Of a DNA stretch of 64,000 bases, positions 49,901 through 61,900 are shown piece by piece; position 1 is the stretch's first letter; each line of letters opens with the position of its first letter. This DNA is from Balanoglossus misakiensis (taxonomy: Eukaryota > Animalia > Hemichordata). The position numbers and the translations under genes are program-made. The notes under the pieces are model-generated. The model saw nothing but the letters and a program-made list of their open reading frames with translations, ran no database searches and had not been told where the DNA came from. Where the stretch lies: positions 900,542 through 964,541 of the forward strand of contig CM082583.2 of assembly GCA_040954595.2 (NCBI GenBank), in the 5' to 3' direction.

Positions 49901-52900
49901 AGCCGGTGCACCAGCGGAGTCACGCCGTAGGAATCTGATTTGATCAACGTGGTCAATGTACGCCTGTTTCTGCTCTAGAGTGCCGGGGCTTCAGCTGAGC
50001 CAGGCCGTAGGAAACCCGACGTGATTACCGTTGTTAACTTACGCAAGTCTTGTCCTATATATACTGCCGGGGCATCAGCCGTGCCAGGCCGAAGGAAATG
50101 TGAGTAGATCAACGTGGTTTCTGTACGCGTGTTTCTGCTCTAGAGTGCCAGGGCTTTAGCCAAGCCATGCCGTAGGAAATCTGACTTGATCAACGTTGCT
50201 AACGAACGCTAGTGTCTGTCATATTGTGACGGAGATTTAGCCGAGCCAGGCCGTAGAAAAATCGACTTGTTCAACGTTACCAGTGTGCAACTGTTTCTGC
50301 TCTAGAGTGTCAGGGTTTTAGCCGACTTATGCTGTAGGAAATCTGAGTTGATGAATGGGAATTCAATGTTTAAAAACCTGTGTGGAAAGTGTCTCTACCC
50401 TTTTGAAACTAAGAAAAGAATTTATTCTTATTTATTTTGAAAAAATCACAATTTTTCGAAAAAAAGTCGAAAATGGTAATTTTGTCATGGGTGATTCAAA
50501 TTATACCGCCTTTTCTGGAATTTGCAGCACTTTTTACAAGAGAACGACACTTCATGCTCCATAATATTTCCGAAAATGAAGAAAAGAGTTAATTTTTTAT
50601 GATTTTTTAAAAATTTACAATTTTTGTCAAAATATGGCCAAAATGGCTATTTTTTCTTGAATTCCGTCAATATCTCTGCATTTTTGGAGTGGTCGAAAGT
50701 TTTAACATACAATCAACATGTCATATATGATCAGGGCACCAAATTCGAAGAACAAAGTTTTTTTTTTATTTTTTTTTCTAAAAATGACATTTTCAAGGAA
50801 AATTTGGTAAAACGCAATTTTGTCTGCAGTGAGCCAAATTGGCCGTTTTTTGTGGAATTTGTATCGATATATGTATACGAAGAGCATTCTATACTCCATC
50901 AGATTTCCGAAAATGTAGAAAACAGGTATTTTTTGTAATTTTCAAAAATTTACCATTTTGACCGAATTGTGGCTAAAATTGTTATTTTCGCGTTGAATGC
51001 CGCCAGTGTCACTGCTTTTAAAAGTCATTAAAACTTTTAACATACAAGCAATTGTTTATATATGATCAGGTCACCGAATTTAAAGAATAAAGAATATTTT
51101 CCCTAAAAATGACCTTTTTGGTGCAAAAACGAATAAAACGCAATTTTGTATTAAATCAGCTCATTCAGAGTGCATTTTTTATAATCAGCACCATTTTTAC
51201 ATATAATGGAAATTTCATACATCATCAGATATCCAAATATGAAAAAATGATTTAGATTTTAGATGATTGTCCAAAAGTAGCTGATATCTAATAAATGTAG
51301 TATTGAACCGTTCTGTCCCCCCCCCCCCTACATTACATGCGGTACGCCGATGTCAGCTTACCCATCAGTACTGCAGGCCGTGCCCACAACTAACGTCGGT
51401 GTTTGAAACGCCCTGGTTAAATTCGGGCTTTCTCTATAAATTGACAGGCAATAATGTAGTCCTACCGGAACAAATGTCGAGTGTTGACCCGCTGTGACTT
51501 TCCCCCTTCGGTTTGCCCGACTTAGCCAACGTCTTTGTACTAGAGTGTCGGGTCTTTTGCAGAGCCAGGCCGAAGGAAATCCGACTTGATCACCGTTGCT
51601 AACGAACGCTAGTGTCTGTCATGGTGTGCCGGGGTTTTAGTCGAGCCAGGCCGTAGGAGATCTGACTTGATCATCGTGGTCAATGTACGCGTGTTTCCGC
51701 TCTAAAGTGCCGGGGCTTCAGCTAAACCAGGCCGTAGGAAATCCGACGTAATCACCGTTGATAACTTACGCCAGTCTGTGTCATATAGAGCCGGTGTACC
51801 AGCTGAGTCACGCCGTGGGAAATCTTACTTGATCAACGTGGTCAATGTACGCCTGTTTCTGCTCTAGAGAGCCGGGGCTTCAGCTGAGCCAGGCCGTAGG
51901 AAACCCGACGTGATTACCGTTGTTAACTTACGCCAGTTTGTGTCCTATATATAGTGCCGGGGCATCAGCCGTGCCAGGCCGAAGGAAATGTGAGTAGATC
52001 AACGTGGTCTCTGTACGCGTGTTTCTGCTCTAGAGTGCCAGGGCTTTAGCCAAGCCATGCCGTAGAAAATCTGACTTGATCACCGTTGCTAACGAACGCT
52101 AGTGTCTGTCATAGTGTGCCGGGGTTTTAGTCGAACCAAGCCGTAGGAGATCAGACTTGATCAACGTGGTCTCTGTACGCGTGTTTCTGCTCTGGAGTGA
52201 CGGGGCTTTATCCAAGCCATGCCGTAGAAAATCTGACTTGATCACCGTTGCTAACCTACGCTAGTGTCTGTCATATTGTGACGGAGATTTAGCCGAGCCA
52301 GGCCGTAGAAAAATCGACTTGTTCAACGTTACCAGTGTGCAACTGTTTCTGCTCTAGAGTGTCAGGGTTTTAGCCGACTTATGCTGTAGGAAATCTGAGT
52401 TGATGAACGGGAATTCAATGTTAGAAATCCGTGTGGAAAGTATCTCTACCCGTTTGGAACTAAGAAAAGAATTTATTCTTATTTATTTTGTAAAAAAACA
52501 ATATTTCGAAAAAAAGTCGAAAATGGTAATTTTGTCTTGGGTGATTCAAATTATACCGCCTTTTCTGGAATTTGCAGCACTTTTTACAAGAGAACGACAC
52601 TTCATGCTCCATAATATTTCCGAAAATGAAGAAAAGAGTTAATTTTTTATGATTTTTTTAAAAATTTACCATTTTTGTCAAAATATGGCCAAAATGGCTA
52701 TTATTTCTTGAATTCCGTCAATATCTCAGCATTTTTGGAGTGGTCGAAAGTTTTAACATACAATCAACATGTCATATATGATCAGGCACTAAATTCGAAG
52801 AACAAAGGTTTTTTATTTTTATTTTCTAAAAATGACATTTTCAAGGAAAATTTGGTAAAACGCAATTTTGTCTGCAGTGAGCCAAATTAGACGGTCTTTT

Positions 52901-55900
52901 GTGGAATTTGTATCGATATATACATACGAAGAGCATTCTATACTCCATCAGATTTCCGAAAATGTAGAAAACAGGTATTTTTTGTAATTTTCAAAAATTA
53001 ACCATTTTGACCGAATTGTGGCTAAAATTGTTATTTTCGTGTTGAATGCCGCCAGTGTCATTGCTTTTAAAAGTCATAAACAATTTTAACATACAAGCAA
53101 TTGTTTATATATGATAAGGTCACCGAATTAAAAAAATAAAGAATGTTTTGACTAAAAATGACCTTTTTGGTGCAAAAACGAATAAAACGCAATTTTGTAT
53201 TAAATCAGCTCATTCAGAGTGCATTTTTATAATCAGCACCATTTTTACATATAATGGAAATTTCATACATCATCAGATATCCAAATATGAAAAGATGATT
53301 TACATTTTAGATGATTGTCAAAAATTAGCTGATATCTGATAAATGTAGTATTGAACCGTTCTGTCCCCCCCCCCTTACATTATATGCGGTACGCCGATGT
53401 CAGCTTACCCGGCAGTACTGTAGGCCGTGCCCCCAACAAACGTCGGTGTTTGAAACGCCCTGGTTAAATTCGGGCTCTCTCTATAAATCGACAGGCAATA
53501 ATGCAGTCCTACCGGAACAAATGTCGAGTGTTGACCCGCTGCGACTTTCCCTCTTCGGTTTGCCCAACTTAGCCAACGTCTTTGTACTAGAGTGTCGGGT
53601 CTTTTGCAGAGCCAGGCCGAAGGAAATCCGACTTGATCACCGTTGCTAACGAACGCTAGTGTCTGTCATGGTGTGCCGGGGTTTTAGTCGAGCCAGGCCG
53701 TAGGAGATCTGACTTGATCATCGTGGTCAATGTACGCGTGTTTCCGCTCTAAAGTGCCGGGGCTTCAGCTAAACCAGGCCGTAGGAAATCCGACGTAATC
53801 ACCGTTGATAACTTACGCCAGTCTGTGTCATATAGAGCCGGTGCACCAGCCGAGTCACGCCGTAGGAAATCTGACTTGATCAACGTGGTCAATGTACGCC
53901 TGTTTCTGCTCTAGAGTGCCGGGGCTTCAGCTAAGCCAGGCCGTAGGAAACCCGACGTGATTACAGTTGTTAACTTACGCCAGTCTGTGTCCTATATATA
54001 GTGCCGGGGCATCAGCCGTGCCAGGCCGAAGGAAATGTGAGTAGATCAACGTGGTCTCTGTACGCGTGTTTCTGCTCTAGAGTGTCAGGGCTTTAGCAAA
54101 GCCATGCCGTAGGAAATCTGACTTGATCAACGTTGCTAGCGAACGCTAGTGTCTGTCATAGTGTGCCGGGGTTTTAATCGAGCCAAGCCGTAGGAGATCA
54201 GACTTGATCAACGTGGTCTCTGTACGCGTGTTTCTGCTCTTGAGTGCCGGGGCTTTATCCAAGCCATGCCGTAGAAAATCTGACTTGATCACCGTTGCTA
54301 ACGTACGCTAGTGTCTGTCATATTGTGACGGAGATTTAGCCGTAAAAAATCGACTTGTTCAACGTTACCAGTGTGCAACTGTTTCTGCTCTAGAGTGTCA
54401 GGATTTTAGCCGATTTATGCTGTAGGAAATCAGAGTTGATGAACGGGAATTCAATGTTAGAAAACCCGTGTGGAAGTATCTCTACCCGTTTGAAACTAAG
54501 AAAAGAATTTATTCTTATTTATTTTGTAAAAAAGACAATTTTTCGAAACAAAGGCGAAAATGGTAATTTTGTCATGGGTGATTCAAATTATACCACCTTT
54601 TCTGGAATTTGCAGCACTTTTTACAAGAGAACGACACTTCATGCTCTATAATATTTCCGAAAATGAAGAAAAGAGTTAATTTTTTATGATTTTTTAAAAT
54701 TTTACCATTTTTGTCAAAATATGGCCAAAATGGCTATTTTTTCTTGAATTCCGTCAATATCTCTGCATTTTTGGAGTGGTCGAAACTTATAACATACAAT
54801 CAACATGTCATATATGATCGGGGCACCAAATTCGAAGAACAAAGGTTTTTTTATTTTTTTTTCTAAAAATGACATTTTCAAGGAAAATTTGGTAAAACGC
54901 AATTTTGTCTGCAGTGAGCCAAATTAGACGGTCTTTTGTGGAATTTGTATCGATATATACATACGAAGAGCATTCTATACTCCATCAGATTTCCGAAAAT
55001 GTAGAAAAGGGTATTTTTTGTAATTTTGAAAAATTTTCCATTTTGACCAAATTGTGGCTAAAATTGTTATTTTCGTGTTGAATGCCGCCAGTGTCACTGC
55101 TTTTAAAAGTCATAAAAACTTTTAACATACAAGCCATTCTTTATATATGATCAGGTCACCGAATTAAAAAAATAAAGAATGTTTTGCCTAAAAATGACCT
55201 TTTAGGTGCAAAAACGAATAAAACGTAATTTTGTATTAAATCAGTTCATTCAGAGTGCATTTTTTATAATCAGCACCATTTTTACATATAATGGAAATTT
55301 CATACATCATCATATATCCAAATATGAAAAAATGATTTAGATTTTAGATGATTGTCCAAAATTAGCTGATATCTAATAAATGTAGTATTGAACCGTTCTG
55401 TTTCCCCCCCCCCCTATATTATATGCGGTACGCCGATGTCAGCTTACCCGTCAGTACTGCAGGCCGTGCCCCCAACTAACGTCGGTGTTTGTAACGCCCT
55501 GGTTAAATTCGGGCTTTCTCTATAAATTGACAGGCAATAATGCAGTCCTACCCGAACAAATGTCGAGTGTTGACCCGCTGTGACTTTCCCTCTTCGGTTT
55601 GCCCGACTTAGCCAACGTCTTTGTACTAGAGTGTCGGGTCTTTTGCAGAGCCAGGCCGAAGGAAATCCGACTTGATCACCGTTGCTAACGAACGCTAGTG
55701 TCTGTCATGGTGTGCCGGGGTTTTAGTCGAGCCAGGCCGTAGGAGATATGCCTTGATCATCGTGGTCAATGTACGCGTGTTTCCGCTCTAAAGTGCCGGG
55801 GCTTCAGCTAAACCAGGCCGTAGGAAATCCGACGTAATCACCGTTGATAACTTACGCCAGTCTGTGTCATATAGAGCCGGTTCACCAGCCGAGTCACGCC

Positions 55901-58900
55901 GTAGGACATCTGACCTGATCAACGTGGTCAATGTACGCCTGTTTCTGCTCTAGAGTGCCGGGGCTTCAGCTGAGCCAGGCCGTAGGAAACCCGACGTGAT
56001 TACCGTTGTTAACTTACGCCAGTCTGTGTCCTATATATAGTGCCGGGGCATCAGCCGTGCCAGGCCGAAGGAAATGTTAGTCGATCAACGTGGTCTCTGT
56101 ACGCGTGTTTCTGCTCTAGAGTGTCAGGGCTTTAGCAAAGCCATGCCGTAGGAAATCTGACTTGATCAACGTTGCTAACGAACGCTCAATATTTTTAAGC
56201 GTAATTTGAAAACATACCTTTTTACTCGGTTTTATGTGTAACGTGTTCGATTGTGTCCTTTTAACTATTTTTACCAGCCTTGTATTTTTTTATCTACTGT
56301 TTTAGCTGTGCACAATGCGCTGAGACGTATGTGTAGCGCATTTTAAACAATTCTTAATAATAATAATAATAATAACGCTAGTGTCTGTCATAGTGTGCCG
56401 GGGTTTTAGTCGAGCCAAGCCGTAGGAGATCAGACTTGATCAACGTGGTCTCTGTACGCGTGTTTCTGCTCTAGAGTGCCGGGGCTTTATCCAACCCATG
56501 CCGTTGAAAATCTGACTTGATCACCGTTGCTAACGTACGCTAGTGTCTGTCATATTGTGACGAGATTTAGCCGAGCCAGGCCGTAGAAAAATCGACTTGT
56601 TCAACGTTATCAGTGTGCAACTGTTTCTGCTCTAGAGTGTCAGGGTTTTAGCCGACTTATGCTGTAGGAAATCTGAGTTGATGAACGGGAATTCAATGTT
56701 AGAAAACCCGTGTGGAAAGTATCTCTACCCGTTTGAAACTAAGAAAAGAATTTATTCTTATTTATTTTTTAAAAAAGACAATTTTTCGAAAACAAGTCGA
56801 AAATGGTAATTTTGTCTTGGGTGATTCAAATTATACCACATTTTCTGGAATTTGCAGCACTTTTTACAAGAGAACGACACTTCATGCTCCATAATATTTC
56901 CGAAAATGAAGAAAAGAGTTTATTTTTTATGATTTTTTACAAATGTACCATTTTGTCAAAATATGGCCAAAATGGCTATTTTTTCTTGAATTCCGTCAAT
57001 ATCTCTGCATTTTTGGAGTGGTCGAAAGTTTTAACATACAATCAACATGTCATATATGATCAGGGCACCAAATTCGAAGAACGAAGGTTTTTTTATTTTA
57101 TTTTTCTAAAAATGACATTTTCAAGAAAAATTTGGTAAAACGCAATTTTGTCTGCAGTGAGCCAAATTAGACGGTCTTTTGTGGAATTTGTATCGATATA
57201 TATATACGAAGAGCATTCTATACTCCATCAGATTTCCGAAAATGTAGAAAACAGGTATTTTTTGTAATTTTCAAAAATTTACCATTTTGACCAAATTGTG
57301 GTTAAATTGTTATTTTCGTGTTGAATGCCGCCAGTGTCACTGCTTTTAAATGTCATAAAAACTTTTAACATGCAAGCAATTGCTTATATATGATCAGGCC
57401 ACCGAATTAAAAAAATAAAGAATGTTTTGCCTAAAAATGACCTTTTTGGTGCAAAAACGAATAAAAAGCAATTTTGTATTAAATCAGCTCATTCAGAGTG
57501 CATTTTTTATAATCAGCACCATTTTTACATATATTGGAAATTTCATACATCATCAGATATCCAAATATGAAAAAATGATTTAGATTTTAGATGATTGTCC
57601 AAAATTAGCTGATATCTAATAAATGTAGTATTGAACCGTTCTGTCCCACCCCCCCCCCCCTACATTATATGCGGTACGCCGATGTCAGCTTACCCGGCAG
57701 TACTGCAGGCCGTGCCCCCAAATAACGTCGGTGTTTGAAACGCCCTGGTTAAATTCGGGCTTTCTCTATAAATTGACAGGCAATAATGCAGTCCTACCCG
57801 AACAAATATCGAGTGTTGACCCGCTGTGACTTTCCCTCTTCGGTTTGCCCGACTTAGCCAACGTCTTTGTACTAATGTGTCGGGTCTTTTGCAGAGCCAG
57901 GCCGAAGGAAATCCGACTTGATCACCGTTGCTAACGAACGCTAGTGTCTGTCATGGTGTGCCGGGGTTTTAGTCGAGCCAGGCCGTAGGAGATCTGACTT
58001 GATCATCGTGGTCAATGTACGCGTGTTTCCGCTCTAAAGTGCCGGGGCTTCAGCTAAACCATGCCGTAGGAAATCCGACGTAATCACCGTTGATAACTTT
58101 CGCCAGTCTGTGTCATATAGAGCCGGTGCACCAGCCGAGTCACGCCGTAGGAAATCTTACTTGATCAACGTGGTCAATGTACGCCTGTTTCTGCTCTAGA
58201 GTGCCGGGGCTTCAGCTGAGCCAGGCCGTGGGAAACCCGACGTGATTACCGTTGTTAACTTACGCCAGTTTGTGTCCTATATATAGTGCCGGGGCATCAG
58301 CCGTGCCAGGCCGAAGGAAATGTGAGTAGATCAACGTGGTCTCTGTACGCGTGTTTCTGCTCTAGAGTGCCAGGGCTTTAGCCAAGCCATGCCGTAGGAA
58401 ATCTGACTTGATCAACGTTGCTAACGAACGCTAGTGTCTGTCATAGTGTGCCGGGGTTTTAGTCGAGCCAAGCCGTAGGAGATCAGACTTGATCAACGTG
58501 GTCTCTGTACGTGTGTTTCTGCTCTAGAGTGCCGGGGCTTTATCCAACCCATGCCGTAGAAAATCTGACTTGATCACCGTTGCTAACGTACGCTAGTGTC
58601 TGTCATATTGTGACGGAGATTTAGCCGAGCCAGGCCGTAGAAAAATCGACTTGTTCAACGTTACCAGTGTGCAACTGTTTCTGCTCTAGAGTGTCAGGGT
58701 TTTAGCCGACTTATGCTGTAGGAAATCTGAGTTGATGAACGGGAATTCAATGTTAGAAAACCCGTGTGGAAAGTATCTCTACCCGTTTGAAACTAAGAAA
58801 AGAATTTATTCTTATTTATTTTGTAAAAAAGACAATTTTTCGAAAAAAAGTCGAAAAATTGCAATTTTGTCTTGGGTGATTCAAATTATACCGCCTTTTC

Positions 58901-61900
58901 TGGAATTTGCAGCACTTTTTACAAGAGAACGACACTTCATGCTCCATAATATTTCCGAAAATGAAGAAAAGAGTTAATTTTTTATGATTTTTCAAAAATT
59001 TACCATTTTGTCAAAATATGGCCAAAATGGCTATTTTTTCTTGAATTCCGTCAATATCTCTGCATTTTTGGAGTGGTCGAAAGTTTTAACATACAATCAA
59101 CATGTCATATATGATCAGGGCACCAAATTCGAAGAACGAAGGTTTTTTTATTTTATTTTTCTAAAAATGACATTTTCAAGGAAAATTTGGTAAAACGCAA
59201 TTTTGTCTGCAGTGAGCCAAATTAGACGGTCTTTTGTGAAATTTGTATCGATATATATATACGAAGAGCATTCTATACTCCATCAGATTTCCGAAAATGT
59301 AGAAAACAGGTATTTTTTGTAATTTTCAAAAATTTACCATTTTGACCAAATTGTGGTTAAAATTGTTATTTTCGTGTTGAATGCCGCCAGTGTCACTGCT
59401 TTTAAAAGTCATAAAAACTTTTAACATGCAAGCAATTGCTTATATATGATCAGGCCACCGAATTAAAAAAATAAAGAATGTTTTGCCTAAAAATGACCTT
59501 TTTGGTGCAAAAACGAATAAAACGCAATTTTGTATTAAATCAGCTCATTCAGAGTGCATTTTTTATAATCAGCACCATTTTTACATATATTGAAAATTTC
59601 ATACATCATCAGATATCCAAATATGAAAAAATGATTTAGATTTTAGATGATTGTCCAAAATTAGCTGATATCTAATAAATGTAGTATTGAACCGTTCTGT
59701 CCCCCCCCCCCCCTACGTTATATGCGGTACGCCAATGTCAGCTTACCCGGCAGTACTGCAGGCCGTGCCCCCAAATAACGTCGGTGTTTGAAACGCCCTG
59801 GTTAAATTCGGGCTTTCTCTATAAATTGACAGGCAATAATGCAGTCCTACCCGAACAAATGTCGAGTGTTGACCCGCTGTGACTTTCCCTCTTCGGTTTG
59901 CCCGACTTAGCCTACGTCTTTGTACTAATGTGTCGGGTCTTTTGCAGAGCCAGGCCGAAGGAAATCCGACTTGATCATCGTTGCTAACGAACGCTAGTGT
60001 CTGTCATGGTGTGCCGGGGTTTTAGAAGAGCCAGGCCGTAGGAGATCTGACTTGATCATCGTGGTCAATGTACGCGTGTTTCCGCTCTAAAGTGCCGGGG
60101 CTTCAGCTAAACCAGGCCGTAGGAAATCCGACGTAATCACCGTTGATAACTTACGCCAGTCTGTGTCATATAGAGCCGGTGCACCAGCCGAATCACGCCG
60201 TAGGAAATCTGACTTGATCAACGTGGTCAATGTACGCCTGTTTCTGCTCTAGAGTGCCGGGGCTTCAGCTGAGCCAGACCGTAGGAAACCCGACGTGATT
60301 ACCGTTGTTAACTTACGCCAGTCTGTGTCCTATATATAGTGCCGGGGCATCAGCCGTGCCAGGACGAAGGAAATGTGAGTAGATCAACGTGGTCTCTGTA
60401 CGCGTGTTTCTGCTCTAGAGTGCCGGGGCTTTATCCAAGCCATGCCGTAGAAAATCTGACTTGATCACCGTTGCTAACGTGCGCTAGTGTCTGTCATATT
60501 GTGACGGAGATTTAGCCGAGCCAGGCCGTAGAAAAATCGACTTGTTCAACGTTACCATTGTGCAACTGTTTCTGCTCTAGAGTGTCAGGGTTTTAGCCGA
60601 CTTATGCTGTAGGAAATCTGAGTTGATGAATGGGAATTCAATGTTAAAAAACCTGTGTGGAAAGTGTCTCTACCCTTTTGAAACTAAGAAAATAATTTAT
60701 TCTTATTTATTTTGTAAAAATCACAATTTTTCGAAAAAAAGTCGAAAATGGTAATTTTGTCATGGGTGATTCAAATTATACCGCCTTTTCTGGAATTTGC
60801 AGCACTTTTTACAAGAGAACGACACTTCATGCTCCATAATATTTCCGAAAATGAAGAAAAGAGTTAATTTTTTATGATTTTTTAAAAATTTACCATTTTT
60901 GTCAAAATATGGCCAAAATGGCTATTTTTTCTTGAATTCCGTCAATATCTCTGCATTTTTGGAGTGGTCGAAAGTTTTAATATACAATCAACATGTCATA
61001 TATGATCAGGGCACCAAATTCGAAGAACAAAGGTTTTTTTTATTTTTTTTTCTAAAAATGACATTTTCAAGGAAAATTTGGTAAAACGCAATTTTGTCTG
61101 CAGTGAGCCAAATTGGCCGTTTTTTGTGGAATTTGTATCGATATATGTATACGAAGAGCATTCTATACTCCATCAGATTTCCGAAAATGTAGAAAACAGG
61201 TATTTTTTGTAATTTTCAAAAATTTACCATTTTGACCGAATTGTGGCTAAAATTGTTATTTTCGTGTTGAATGCCGCCAGTGTCACTGCTTTTAAAAGTC
61301 ATTAAAACTTTTAACATACAAGCAATTGTTTATATACGATCAGGTCACCGAATTTAAAGAATAAAGAATGTTTTCCCTAAAAATGACCTTTTTGGTGCAA
61401 AAACGAATAAAACGCAATTTTGTATTAAATCAGCTCATTCAGAGTGCATTTTTTATAATCAGCACCATTTTTACATATAATGGAAATTTCATACATCATC
61501 AGATATCCAAATATGAAAAAATGATTTAGATTTTAGATGATTGTCCAAAAGTAGCTGATATCTAATAAATATAGTATTGAACCGTTCTGTTCCCCCCTCC
61601 CCTACATTAAATGCGGTACGCCGATGTCAGCTTACCCGTCAGTACTGCAGGCCGTGCCCACAACTAACGCCGGTGTTTAAAACGCCCTGGTTAAATTCGG
61701 GCTTTCTCTATAAATTGACAGGCAATAATGTAGTCCTACCGGAACAAATGTCGAGAGTTGACCCGCTGTGACTTTCCCTCTTCGGTTTGCCCGACTTAGC
61801 CAACGTCTTTGTACTAGAGTGTCGGGTGTTTTGCAGAGCCAGGCCGAAGGAAATCCGACTTGATCACCGTTGCTAACGAACGCTAGTGTCTGTCATGGTG

